A stretch of 32,000 bases of DNA, from NCBI GenBank assembly GCA_047651235.1, contig CP178758.1, forward strand, positions 1,200,001-1,232,000. Direction: 5' to 3'. The notes below the pieces were generated by a model that did not search any database, was not told the DNA's origin, and worked only from the letters and a program-made list of their open reading frames with translations. Below are positions 1-8,426 of the stretch, one piece after another; positions within the stretch are counted from its first letter, which is position 1; each line of letters begins with the position of its first letter. This stretch comes from Candidatus Electrothrix yaqonensis. GTDB taxonomy: Bacteria; Desulfobacterota; Desulfobulbia; Desulfobulbales; Desulfobulbaceae. Position numbers and translations under genes: made by a program.

Positions 1-1347
1 GATGACCTGAGCTGCGACCAGCCGCTGGCTGTCCGAATCGATCACCAGAACCTTTTTTGCTGAAACAGGCACCTGCAGTTGTTTTTTCAGCTTTTTGCCG
101 AACAGGCCCAGCCGGGTGGAAAGCTGATCTGCAGTAATGCCCTGCAGACCGCTTTCTTCGAGAAAAAGCAGCATCTTCTCTGTGATGCTGCCTGCCCCCT
201 CCCCTGCTTTGTAAACGGCAAAAACTTCATGATTGCGCTGCCGGTCCAGCTCCACCGTCCGTTTCCGTTTCGGCGGCGCATTATTGAGGATGACCCCGCC
301 GCCCAAGGTGCTGATGGGCGAATAACTGCGGAGGACAAAACGGTCTCCCGGCCAGACCGCCACCGGTTCCTGCAGGACGAGCTGAATGTCCGCATCCTGG
401 CCCGGCTCAACAATATCTTCCTCCATCAGCACTGCCCGCGCAAGGATCTCTCTGGTGCCCACATGCAGACGGACTTGGGTCCGGTTCTTCAGCTTCTTCG
501 GATTCCCGGCCAGATAATGGAGATCAGCGTCCAGCAGGGTTGAGGGCTGCATAGTACCGGACGTGGCGGCCAGATCACCCCGCTGAATATCTTCTTTTTC
601 AATGCCCTGCAGGTTGATGGCCGTGCGATGCCCGGCCTCGACAACTTCCTGTTCCTTGCCGTGCACCTGAATGCCCCGGATCTTGGCGGTCAGGCCGCCG
701 GGATAGAACATCAGGTCATCGCCCACAGAAATCCGCCCGGACAGGGAAGAACCGGTGATCACTGTGCCGAAGCCCTTCATGGAAAACACCCGGTCCACAG
801 CCAGCCGGAACGGACCAAACTCCTCCTGAAAGTTGATCTTCCGCACCTTCTCATCCAGCACCTTTTTAACGTCCTCAATCCCTTCGCCCGTGGTGGAAGA
901 AACAGCCAGGATCGGGGCCTCTTCCAGAAAACTGTCTACAAAAAAATCCGTGACTTCTTCCTCTACCATCTCCAGCCACTCTTCCTCGACCATATCCTTC
1001 TTGGTCAGGATGATCAGACCGTCTTTGACCCCGAGCAGACGGCAGATGTCGAAATGCTCCCTGGTCTGCGGCATGATGCCCTCATCAGCAGCGATGATAA
1101 AGGCCACCATGTCCATGCCTGCTGCTCCGGCCACCATATTGCGGACAAACTTCTCATGACCGGGTACGTCCACGATGCCCAGACGATGGCCGCAGGCAAG
1201 GTCGATGTAGGCAAAGCCCAGCTCAATGGTGATGCCCCGTTTCTTTTCTTCCTGCAGCCGGTCGGTTTCAATGCCGGTCAGGGCCCGGATCAGGCTGGTT
1301 TTACCGTGGTCAACATGACCGGCAGTGCCAAGGATTATTTCACGCAT
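1..1347 (-). CDS. selB: Selenocysteine-specific translation elongation factor SelB (first 449 codons; 3' end runs off the left window edge)
   Basis: It is absent from the ORF track because it is open at the edge. Reverse-strand translation from the ATG at 1345-1347 reads [50 protein letters not shown]...DVPGHEKF...ILTKKD. The GTPase boxes G1 (GHVDHGKT), G3 (DVPGHE) and G4 (TKKD) are in the SelB arrangement. The frame stays open to position 1. The + strand ORFs 79..543 and 628..1383 are antisense shadows. Confidence 0.9.
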   Translation of the reverse strand, partial: MREIILGTAGHVDHGKTSLIRALTGIETDRLQEEKKRGITIELGFAYIDLACGHRLGIVDVPGHEKFVRNMVAGAAGMDMVAFIIAADEGIMPQTREHFDICRLLGVKDGLIILTKKDMVEEEWLEMVEEEVTDFFVDSFLEEAPILAVSSTTGEGIEDVKKVLDEKVRKINFQEEFGPFRLAVDRVFSMKGFGTVITGSSLSGRISVGDDLMFYPGGLTAKIRGIQVHGKEQEVVEAGHRTAINLQGIEKEDIQRGDLAATSGTMQPSTLLDADLHYLAGNPKKLKNRTQVRLHVGTREILARAVLMEEDIVEPGQDADIQLVLQEPVAVWPGDRFVLRSYSPISTLGGGVILNNAPPKRKRTVELDRQRNHEVFAVYKAGEGAGSITEKMLLFLEESGLQGITADQLSTRLGLFGKKLKKQLQVPVSAKKVLVIDSDSQRLVAAQVI

Positions 1348-1365
1348 GAATCTTGCTGCTTATTT

Positions 1366-1692
1366 TCACTGATTGGGTTGTGAACGGTTCCGGTTGGCCA
1401 GATATTCAATCACCGTTTCTTTCTCCTGCTGATTCAGGAAATTCATTTTGGTGGAATACCGCATCATTTTTTCTACAGTCTGCGTCCATTCCGCATGATC
1501 TTTATCCGCCGCATACACCCTGTCAATTCCGTGACAGGAAGAGCATTTCTGTTCGACCAGATTTTTTTCCGCAGCTCCGTCTTCCTTGGTAATTTCCTCA
1601 GCCGTTCCGGCGGACAAAGGTGCTGCCAGCAGCACGGACACAAACAGTACGGCAGCGAAAACATACCCTGAAAAAATTCTCCAGCTCTTCAT
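1366..1692 (-). CDS. Small secreted mono-haem c-type cytochrome, a stand-alone copy of the C-terminal module of the two upstream paralogs
   Basis: N-terminal signal-peptide-like segment (MKSWRIFSGYVFAAVLFVSVLLAAPLSAG) followed by a CSSCH haem-c motif. The pattern KCSSCHGIDRVY...EWTQTVEKMMRY...FLNQQEKETVIEYL recurs in ORFs 1706..2608 and 2739..3644. An AGGA sits 11 nt upstream of the ATG. The gene ends 18 nt before the selB start. Confidence 0.75.
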   Translation of the reverse strand: MKSWRIFSGYVFAAVLFVSVLLAAPLSAGTAEEITKEDGAAEKNLVEQKCSSCHGIDRVYAADKDHAEWTQTVEKMMRYSTKMNFLNQQEKETVIEYLANRNRSQPNQ

Positions 1693-1705
1693 AACAACAC
1701 CATCC

Positions 1706-2608
1706 TTACTTATTGCTTTCAGCCTGTATACGGTTCCGGGTGACCAGATATTCGACCACAGCCTTTTTTTCCTTCTGATTCAGAAAATTTACCTTGTCAG
1801 CATAACCGATCATCTTCTCCACGGTCTGCACCCATTCCGAACGGCTTTTATTTGCCGCGTAAATTCTCTCAACCTCATGACAGGAAGGAGAACATTTCTG
1901 CTCAACCAGCAGTTTACCGACCGTTTTTTTAATGCGTTGCGCTACAGAATCCAACTTTTCCCGCCGTTTCTGCTGGGTGATAAGATAATGAATAATCTGT
2001 CTGACCTCATCGTCGAGAATATGCGGAGTATCAATAAATGCCATGCGGTTGACCGTGTCCGTCCAGCCCTGCTCCGATTTGAAGGCTTTGAACACCCGTT
2101 CCAGGGTATGACATTTGACGCATTTTACCGTCACCAGCTGCTGGCCGAGAGCTGCCGACATGGATGTTTCCTGCGGAAAAAGGAAAACATGATGCATATC
2201 AGCATGCTGCATAAAATAATAACCGCCGGTTATAGCGTTGAGGACAAACAGAGCAAGAAACACGGTCAGACCGAGTCCCTGCAATCGGGTTCCCGTCCGT
2301 TTAAAACGCCGGGTAATCAGTATCTTGATAGCAAACAGGGGAATAATCAAGATGCCCAGAGCAATATGCAGGATACTTCTGGGTGAAAATTCTTCCTGAT
2401 AATTTCCGGCCTTGAACAGCATAACCATCAGGATGACACAAAAAAGGCCAAGGAAAATATAGCCTGTAATCCTGTGTGTTCTGACCAGCCACTGATCGGC
2501 AGCCCTTTTCTTGCCGGGCTTGCCCCGTAATTCCAGCATCAGCAGCATTGCCCAGGCCCCGGTCAGCGTGATGATCAGTCCGGCAAGGGAGGTTAGAAAC
2601 GGATTCAT
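1706..2608 (-). CDS. Membrane-anchored di-haem c-type cytochrome, paralog B (4 predicted TM helices + two cytochrome c modules; the second module has an atypical CSPSCH motif)
   Basis: The N-terminal ~140 aa contain four hydrophobic helices. Then come VKCVKCHTLERVF...WTDTVNRM (CxxCH) and KCSPSCHEVERIY...EWVQTVEKM. By eye the protein is very similar to ORF 2739..3644 along its whole length. Confidence 0.8.
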   Translation of the reverse strand: MNPFLTSLAGLIITLTGAWAMLLMLELRGKPGKKRAADQWLVRTHRITGYIFLGLFCVILMVMLFKAGNYQEEFSPRSILHIALGILIIPLFAIKILITRRFKRTGTRLQGLGLTVFLALFVLNAITGGYYFMQHADMHHVFLFPQETSMSAALGQQLVTVKCVKCHTLERVFKAFKSEQGWTDTVNRMAFIDTPHILDDEVRQIIHYLITQQKRREKLDSVAQRIKKTVGKLLVEQKCSPSCHEVERIYAANKSRSEWVQTVEKMIGYADKVNFLNQKEKKAVVEYLVTRNRIQAESNK

Positions 2609-2738
2609 GGTAATTTTCTTTAAGATGTTTGCTCACAACGCAGTTTGCTTACAACCCAATATGCTGCGGAAAATCAGACATCAGAGCAGAGCGCTCCAGT
2701 TTCCCTCCTTTCATTGAAACCCTTTCTTTTGTTTTCAG

Positions 2739-3644
2739 TCACCTCAATAGCTTTTCAGATTGTGACCGATTGCGATTGCTCAGATATTCAATCACAGCCT
2801 TTTTTTCCTTCTGATTCAGCATGGGAAGCTGGTCAGCATAACCGATCATCTTCTCCACAGTCTGCACCCATTCCAAACGTTCTTTATTTGCTGTATAAAT
2901 TCTATCGACCTCGTGACAGGAAGAGCATTTCTGCTCAATCAGCAGTTTACCGACCGGTTTTTCGTTTTCTTGCGCTACGGACGCCAACTTTTTCCGCCGT
3001 TTTTGCTGGGTGATAAGATAATGAATGATCTGCTTGGTGTCAAAGTCACGGATATTCGGCGCATCAATAAGCGCCATGCGGTTGACCGTGTCTGTCCACC
3101 CCTGTTCCGATTTAAAGGTTTTGAACACCCGTTCCAGGGTATGGCATTTGGCGCATTTTTCAGTCACCAGCTGCTGGCCGAGATCCGCATCCAACATATC
3201 AGTATCTTTTGCGGAAAGGGAAACATAGCGCATATCAGAATGATGCAGAAAATAATAGCCCCCGGTTATGCTGTTGAGGACAAACAGAGCAAGAAACACG
3301 GCCAGGCCGAGTCCCGGTACCTGGGTACCCAGCCGTTTGAAGCGCCGGATAATCAGGAGCTTGATGGCAAGCAGGGGGATAATCAAAACACCCAGAGCAA
3401 TATGCAGAATGGTTCTGGGTGAAAATTCTTCCTGGTAATGTGCGGCCTTGGACAACATAACCACTATGATTGCACAAAAAAAGGCAATAAAAATATAGCC
3501 TGTAATTTTATGCGCTCTGATCAGTCGCTGATTGGCCTTGCTCTCCTTTCTGGGATTGCCCCGCAGTTCCAGCATCAGCAGCATGGCCCAGGCCCCGGTC
3601 AGCGTGACGATCAGTCCGGCAATGGAGGTTATTAAGGGGTTCAT
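2739..3644 (-). CDS. Membrane-anchored di-haem c-type cytochrome, paralog A (4 TM + two CxxCH modules)
   Basis: Same architecture as 1706..2608: four TM helices, then EKCAKCHTLERVF...WTDTVNRM and KCSSCHEVDRIY...EWVQTVEKM. The C..CH...R..(8-12)..W..TV.(R/K)M....L...E....(I/V).YL pattern recalls, from memory, the haem-binding domain of quinohaemoprotein amine dehydrogenase alpha subunit. Confidence 0.8.
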   Translation of the reverse strand: MNPLITSIAGLIVTLTGAWAMLLMLELRGNPRKESKANQRLIRAHKITGYIFIAFFCAIIVVMLSKAAHYQEEFSPRTILHIALGVLIIPLLAIKLLIIRRFKRLGTQVPGLGLAVFLALFVLNSITGGYYFLHHSDMRYVSLSAKDTDMLDADLGQQLVTEKCAKCHTLERVFKTFKSEQGWTDTVNRMALIDAPNIRDFDTKQIIHYLITQQKRRKKLASVAQENEKPVGKLLIEQKCSSCHEVDRIYTANKERLEWVQTVEKMIGYADQLPMLNQKEKKAVIEYLSNRNRSQSEKLLR

Positions 3645-3678
3645 GACAATTTCTTTTGTGTTTTCTGCCTGCCAGTTC

Positions 3679-3945
3679 TCAGGTCACCGGTAACAGGATT
3701 TCAAACTCCAGAATAAACTTCATGTTATCCAGATACTTGAGCAGGAAGGTGTTTCTCGGTGCAGAATTGCCGGTCAGAATTTTTTCCACCGTCAGGGTGT
3801 TGGGGAGCCTGCCCGGCGAGATAATCTCCAGGCGGTCACGGAAGATGTACACGGCTGTCCGGCGGTTGGCAATGGAGTAATCCCGGTGACAGACCGCATT
3901 GAAAACAGCCTCTCTGATGACGCTGTCCGGGACAGCAGGACGTTT
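3679..3945 (-). pseudogene. Remnant of an ATP-dependent DNA-helicase-like / HATPase_c_4 'putative transcriptional regulator' gene (C-terminal fragment only)
   Basis: The segment VPDSVIREAVFNAVCHRDYSIANRRTAVYIFRDRLEIISPGRLPNTLTVEKILTGNSAPRNTFLLKYL matches the conserved core of that family (REA..NA..HRDY ... DR.EI.SPG.L ... RN). There is no N-terminal AlbA_2/ATPase part. The upstream part of ORF 3679..4119 overlaps the MBL gene, and the C-terminus diverges before the usual G.GI motif. Confidence 0.45.
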
Positions 3946-4042
3946 CTCCCGCCGGAGGCCGGAAAATCTTGCAGAGCAAGGGCAGAAAAGTCCGGATTTC
4001 CTCTTTGGATCTGCCCTTGCTTCTCTATCGCCCGGCAGTAAT

Positions 4043-4669
4043 TCAAAAATACGGATTGCTCTCTGCCTCCGTTGCAATGGTTGACTTAGGGCCGCCGTAT
4101 CCGTGACCGGGCCAGACAACTGTTTCCGGCGGCAGGGTCAGCAGCCGCTCCTGAATAGACCGGATAAGCTCCGGCATGGAGCCGCCGGGAAAATCCGTGC
4201 GCCCTACCCCGCCGACAAACAGGGTATCGCCGGTAAAACAGTCAGGGGCATTGTAGAGACATATTCCGCCGGGAGTATGACCGGGTGTATGAATGACGGT
4301 CAGCTTTTCTTCCCCGACGAAAATATCTTCCCCGTGTTCAACCTGGATATCGGCCGGAGGAGACTCCCGGAGACCGAGCATGGAAAAATAACTCCGTGCA
4401 TCAGCAGTACTGAAGAACTCGGCATCGGCCCGATGCATGATGATCTGCGCGCCGGTGGCCTTCTGAATCGGACCGTTGCCGCAGACATGATCAGGATGGC
4501 CGTGCGTATTGATAATATAGACCAGCTCAAGTTTATCCTGCCTGCAGGCGGCAAGAATTCTGTCTTCATCTCCTCCGGGATCAATCACTGCTGCTTTACC
4601 TGTCTGTTCACAGGAAACAATGTAGCAGCAGACACTCATCGTACCGACGGTCAGTTGCTGTATTCTCAT
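4043..4669 (-). CDS. MBL-fold metallo-hydrolase (glyoxalase II / hydroxyacylglutathione hydrolase-like)
   Basis: INTHGHPDH (HxHxDH) plus downstream HTPGHTPG and D..F.GG.GR motifs. The track ORF starts at a TTG (4684). The ATG at 4669 (MRIQQLTVG...) is the more typical family N-terminus. Confidence 0.85.
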   Translation of the reverse strand: MRIQQLTVGTMSVCCYIVSCEQTGKAAVIDPGGDEDRILAACRQDKLELVYIINTHGHPDHVCGNGPIQKATGAQIIMHRADAEFFSTADARSYFSMLGLRESPPADIQVEHGEDIFVGEEKLTVIHTPGHTPGGICLYNAPDCFTGDTLFVGGVGRTDFPGGSMPELIRSIQERLLTLPPETVVWPGHGYGGPKSTIATEAESNPYF

Positions 4670-4706
4670 ATTCTCTGCTGACAATGGATTATTTTTTCAG
4701 GTCAAC

Positions 4707-4756
4707 CGGGCTGCAGGAGAACTGCAGATATTACTGAAAATGCAGCCCGTTTTTTT
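4707..4756 (+). terminator. Terminator-like hairpin + T7 tract, oriented on the + strand, with no + strand gene upstream
   Basis: CGGGCTGCA (4707-4715) pairs with TGCAGCCCG (4741-4749). The loop contains an inner CTGCAG-ttctc-CTGCAG-type hairpin. TTTTTTT follows at 4750-4756. It lies between the mrp stop and the MBL start. Confidence 0.35.
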
Positions 4757-4842
4757 GTATTTCGGATAACTTGCAGAACGGAAAACGCATTACTCATTAC
4801 TGGACTGAGCTCTTCTGCTGATCTTCTGCTCAGTATGTTGCC

Positions 4843-5823
4843 TCAGCAGTTACATTTCTCTGGCTGACAGCTGGTGGTGCAGCCACAGTCACAGCTTCCC
4901 GGACCGGCATTCTCCGGGCTCACTGTCTTCAGACTGGCGGCACCCTTTGCTGGCAGACGCCGTTCCACTGCTTCCACCACAGCGGCAAAGGCTTTGACTG
5001 CCGGGCTGTCCTCATCTGAAGAAAGATAGGGTTTGCCGCTGTCGCCGCCGACTACCACACGCGGATCCATAGGTACCTTGCCGAGAAACGGCAGATCAAA
5101 ATCACGGGCCATCTTTTCCCCGCCGCCGGAGCTGAAAATATCCACGGTCTGCTCACAATGGGGGCAGATAAAGCCGGACATATTCTCCACCACGCCGACA
5201 ACAGGCATTTCTACAGTTTTACAGAAGTTGATGGACTTGCGCACATCAGCCAAGGCCACAGCCTGAGGAGTGGTCACCACCACAGCCTGCACATTGGGGA
5301 TGGTCTGGGCCACGGAGAGCGGTTCATCCCCGGTCCCCGGAGGGGCATCCACAACAAGATAATCCAGCTCCCCCCAGTCCATGTCAGCGACAAACTGGCG
5401 TACGGCCTGGATCTTCAGGGGACCGCGCCAGATAATGGCCTCGTCCCGGTCCTGCATCATATATTCCAGGGAAACTACCTTCACATTATCCTTGTACAGC
5501 AGCGGCGGCACCAGGCCGTTTTCACTCTGGGTCGGCTGCAGTGATTCGGCCAAGTCCAGCATCCGACAGATATCCGGCCCGTGCAGGTCAACATCCATCA
5601 GCCCGACCTTATACCCCCTGGCAGCCAGTCCCAGAGCAAGATTCACAGCAACGGTAGACTTCCCGACCCCTCCTTTACCGCTCATGACCAGGATTTTCTG
5701 TTTAATTTTACCAAGTGATCTGGTGATGGCGATATCCTGCTGGGCAAGATGCGCTTCAGCCGAACGGGCTGACTGACAGCCGCCGGACTGCGTCTCAGTG
5801 TCACAGGAACTGCATGAACTCAT
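4843..5823 (-). CDS. Mrp/NBP35 (ApbC-type) Fe-S cluster carrier ATPase with Cys-rich N- and C-terminal tails
   Basis: Deviant Walker A SGKGGVGKST, the CPHC motif (GFICPHCEQ) and the DAPPGTGDE motif. N-terminus MSSCSSCDTETQSGGC and C-terminus CDCGCTTSCQPEKCNC. GGAGGA lies 4 nt upstream of the ATG. Confidence 0.9.
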   Translation of the reverse strand: MSSCSSCDTETQSGGCQSARSAEAHLAQQDIAITRSLGKIKQKILVMSGKGGVGKSTVAVNLALGLAARGYKVGLMDVDLHGPDICRMLDLAESLQPTQSENGLVPPLLYKDNVKVVSLEYMMQDRDEAIIWRGPLKIQAVRQFVADMDWGELDYLVVDAPPGTGDEPLSVAQTIPNVQAVVVTTPQAVALADVRKSINFCKTVEMPVVGVVENMSGFICPHCEQTVDIFSSGGGEKMARDFDLPFLGKVPMDPRVVVGGDSGKPYLSSDEDSPAVKAFAAVVEAVERRLPAKGAASLKTVSPENAGPGSCDCGCTTSCQPEKCNC

Positions 5824-6392
5824 GATATCCTCCGTTTATTTGATAAAAATGCACATCCTGTCCAAGCATTCCCTCTGAAAGGCAGGATGCTAAAAATATA
5901 AATTTTCAAGAAGCATTTATCCGACCCGGCTCTGCTGTTTTCTAAGATGTATAACAGGGCATTCTACCTCCGCCCTCCTGAAAAGCAATAAAAAATCCGC
6001 TCACCGGGCAGCCCCGGCTGCAGAAACTCAGTAATTTGCGGTCAGGATCAAGACGGTCTGTGCGCCAATTTACAGCTTGTCGGGAAAACAGCATAGTGCT
6101 CAGTCATAGCTAAATTTTAGGATTGCTATCTCCAAATAAGATACGAATATTAAACGAGTGCGACATGTTCAACCCTAAACTTTAGGCTTTACAAAGCAAT
6201 AGGAAGTGCGTCAGCATTTCCGCTGGATTGCTCCGGGTGAGTTTATGTGGAATGATAGGGAGCCGGACTATAAAAGTCAGGTTGACCAAGGAATAGTGAA
6301 CGGCAGATACTGCAGTCACGCAGGCGGCATGGAAATGGAAACTATCGCCGCAACAATCTCGGATTCCGCAGAGTAAAGCAAGGAGGCAGGCA

Positions 6393-6418
6393 GGTTCCCG
6401 AACTTCAGTTTGGGAACC
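6393..6418 (-). terminator. Possible stem-loop downstream of the small membrane-protein gene (no U-tract)
   Basis: GGTTCCCGAAC / GTTTGGGAACC form an 11-bp stem with one mismatch and a 4-nt loop, about 20 nt after the stop at 6437. No T-run follows on the minus strand, so its function is uncertain. Confidence 0.3.
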
Positions 6419-6436
6419 CGAAAGATGATACCGCTG

Positions 6437-6805
6437 CTACCCACCAACTCCGAAGTTTCGCAGCGCAGTCCGAAAGGCGTTGGCCGGGCTGAACAGGGCA
6501 TCACCGACAATGATTGCGTAACCGAACCAATGGAAAAAAGTCGGCGGCTTATCGAGGGTGAAGAACATATAGGTGAGCAGCGCTGTAGAGGCAACCACCG
6601 CAATGACCGAAAAGGTGGTATCAAGCAGAAACGACACCAGCCCGATATCCCCTGATTTCACGAACTCGATAAACAATACCCCCACGGCCACACCGATAAA
6701 CGTATAGCCCAACGGACCTTCCAAAGAAATGTTGAGCCGATGGATCACCAGCAGATAGATGATGGGGGTGAAGATCCAGGGCAACCTTCCCAATTTTTTT
6801 AGCAT
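6437..6805 (-). CDS. Small integral membrane protein, unknown function (about 4 TM helices)
   Basis: Hydrophobic-helix pattern (WIFTPIIYLLVI, YTFIGVAVGVLFIEF, LVSFLLDTTFSVIAVVASTALLTYMFF, FFHWFGYAIIVGDALF). The ATG at 6805 is preceded by GGAGAG at 5 nt. The track start at 6838 is a TTG without an SD. No family recognised. Confidence 0.55.
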   Translation of the reverse strand: MLKKLGRLPWIFTPIIYLLVIHRLNISLEGPLGYTFIGVAVGVLFIEFVKSGDIGLVSFLLDTTFSVIAVVASTALLTYMFFTLDKPPTFFHWFGYAIIVGDALFSPANAFRTALRNFGVGG

Positions 6806-6944
6806 GGAACTCTCCGATTGTTCGGTTAATGTTTGCAAGGCTGATCAGCAGCGGTCCGTAACAGACAAAGTGTAATGCATCTGCAATATCGTGTAAACAG
6901 GTTTGGCCGTTAAAATCAAACCTGGCTGCCCCGGAAATCAGCAC

Positions 6945-6976
6945 AGAAAGAAAAAGGCGGACCAGAGAAGTCCGCC
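6945..6976 (-). terminator. Rho-independent terminator of the hdr operon
   Basis: On the minus strand GGCGGAC-uucucug-GUCCGCC (7-bp GC stem, 7-nt loop) is followed by UUUUUCUUU. It sits about 37 nt after the hdrB stop. Confidence 0.65.
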
Positions 6977-7012
6977 TGAATTGGATGGAGATAAAGCAGG
7001 TGCGCAGCTCCC

Positions 7013-7897
7013 TCAAAAATGCCGCAGGATGCTGTCCCGGGGAGTTTTGGAAATGGTGGCGACCCTGTGGCCGTCAAAGCCCATGCAGAGGGCTAGGAGC
7101 TGGTTGTAGTCAAAAACCGGGATGTTGTAGATCTCCTCGCCAGCCTGTTTATTCAGCTTCACCTGGATACTGTCCATATATATCAGGCAGGTGATGCAGG
7201 AAACCACGATGAACTCCGCCTTGGTTTCGTTGATGATCGCATCCAGCTTGGCCTTGGTGAAGGCGTCCGCCTCGGCCGGGGAGGTCTTGGAAAATCCGCC
7301 GGCACCGCCGCAGCATCCATACTCCAGGCTGTAGGCGTCCACGGTCGCGCCCAGGGCCTCGGTGAGGCGGCGCAGGGCCACCGGCCTGCGGGGGGATTCC
7401 TCAAAACCGACCACCTCGCTGGGGAACAGGGTGTGACAGGGATACTGGACTATCCCGTGCATCCCGGTCAGCTTCTTCTTAACCTTTGCAGCGATTTTTT
7501 CCGGTCCGACCTCATTGTAGAGGATATCGGTGACATGGCGGACTTTTGTGGTGCAGTTCACCTGCCGACCGGTAGGTTCAAGCAGCTCGTTTACCTTGGC
7601 CCGTAATTCCTTATCCTCATGCAGATGCTCCAGGCCCATGTGCAGCGAGCTGTAGCAGGAACCGCACTGCACCATGATGTCATGCCCCATCTCCTCAGCC
7701 AAAGACAAATTCCAGCCGCTGGTCGCAAACTGGGATTCCTTATCCGTAGCCGGGAAGGCACCAAAGGCCGGACAGCAGACATAGCCGGACGGATCTGACA
7801 GGTTGACGCCCAGAGCGGGCATGGTATGTCGGATCGCGCTTTCCGCGTCCGGCCGGATGGCCGGCATATTACAGCCCGGGAAAAAACATAAATCCAT
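7013..7897 (-). CDS. hdrB: Heterodisulfide reductase subunit B-like (two CCG domains)
   Basis: FFPGCN..., VCCPAFG, QCGSCYSS, YPCHTLFPS, YGCCGGAGGF and VVSCITC are the duplicated CCG-domain cysteine pattern of HdrB. The start ATG overlaps the hdrC stop (TAATG), suggesting translational coupling. Confidence 0.9.
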   Translation of the reverse strand: MDLCFFPGCNMPAIRPDAESAIRHTMPALGVNLSDPSGYVCCPAFGAFPATDKESQFATSGWNLSLAEEMGHDIMVQCGSCYSSLHMGLEHLHEDKELRAKVNELLEPTGRQVNCTTKVRHVTDILYNEVGPEKIAAKVKKKLTGMHGIVQYPCHTLFPSEVVGFEESPRRPVALRRLTEALGATVDAYSLEYGCCGGAGGFSKTSPAEADAFTKAKLDAIINETKAEFIVVSCITCLIYMDSIQVKLNKQAGEEIYNIPVFDYNQLLALCMGFDGHRVATISKTPRDSILRHF

Positions 7898-8412
7898 TAC
7901 TCATCCCCTCCCATAAACATATAGTCGTTCTCGCTGATCACCGGCGTTTTCATGAGCATCTCCCGGAACTTTTTCAGCAGCTCCGGCTGCTTGGTGATGG
8001 TCGGCAGCTCATGCAGACCGAGGGCTTCCCGTACCTCGACATTCACGCCCACCGGCTGGGAATAACCGCGCCGGTAGATATCTACCACAGCAGTGGGGAT
8101 ATAGGTAGGATCATTGGCTGAGTGCCATTTGCGGATGGCCAGGATCAGTTCAAAGGGTTTGACATCCATCGGGCACATCTCCTCGCACCGCGTGCAGGAG
8201 GTGCAGGACCAAGGCGTCGGGTCGTTGAGCAGCTCCTCCTCCAAGCCCAAGATGACCATCCGGGCCAGATTCCTCACCAGCAGGGGCGGATTGCCGTGCG
8301 ATGCCGGACAGCCGGTGATGCAGGTTCCGCAGTTGAAACAATGGTGGAGGTTTTCATTGGGGTATATCTCCTGCCATAAATCCTTTTTGGCAGCACTGAA
8401 ATCTATTTCCAC
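7897..8412 (-). CDS. hdrC: Heterodisulfide reductase subunit C-like (2x[4Fe-4S] ferredoxin domain)
   Basis: CFNCGTCITGCP and CTSCTRCEEMCP motifs. The track start (8448) is a TTG that overlaps hdrA. The GTG at 8412 is preceded by GGAG at 8 nt and lies after the hdrA stop, so it is preferred. Confidence 0.9.
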   Translation of the reverse strand: MEIDFSAAKKDLWQEIYPNENLHHCFNCGTCITGCPASHGNPPLLVRNLARMVILGLEEELLNDPTPWSCTSCTRCEEMCPMDVKPFELILAIRKWHSANDPTYIPTAVVDIYRRGYSQPVGVNVEVREALGLHELPTITKQPELLKKFREMLMKTPVISENDYMFMGGDE

Positions 8413-8426
8413 AACAGATTCTCCTT

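Larger units (their letters stand above)
1706..3664 (-). repeat. Tandem duplication of a ~1.03-kb gene unit (cytochrome paralogs A and B, including ~20 nt of leader)
   Basis: The two genes align codon for codon. Similarity extends into the leaders (catggtaattttctttaag vs catgacaatttcttttgtg). The last ~200 nt of the unit occur a third time in 1366..1692. Confidence 0.7.

Noticed and set aside
79-1383. + strand ORFs 79..543, 628..1383 and 833..1159
   Set aside because: They lie antisense to selB, whose GTPase motifs are clear on the minus strand.
3946-4119. N-terminal third of ORF 3679..4119
   Set aside because: It overlaps the 3' end of the MBL gene and reads as R/P/A-rich filler. Only the downstream ~90 codons resemble a real (truncated) protein family.
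4103-4681. 192-aa + strand ORF opposite the MBL hydrolase
   Set aside because: It is an antisense shadow with no motifs. I considered it as a possible source for the orphan + strand terminator at 4707-4756, but nothing else supports it as coding.
6621-7016. 131-aa minus-strand ORF spanning the hdrB-to-membrane-protein spacer (and 6316..6624, 6410..6655)
   Set aside because: It runs through the hdr terminator hairpin and overlaps the better-supported membrane-protein frame. It has no SD or motifs.
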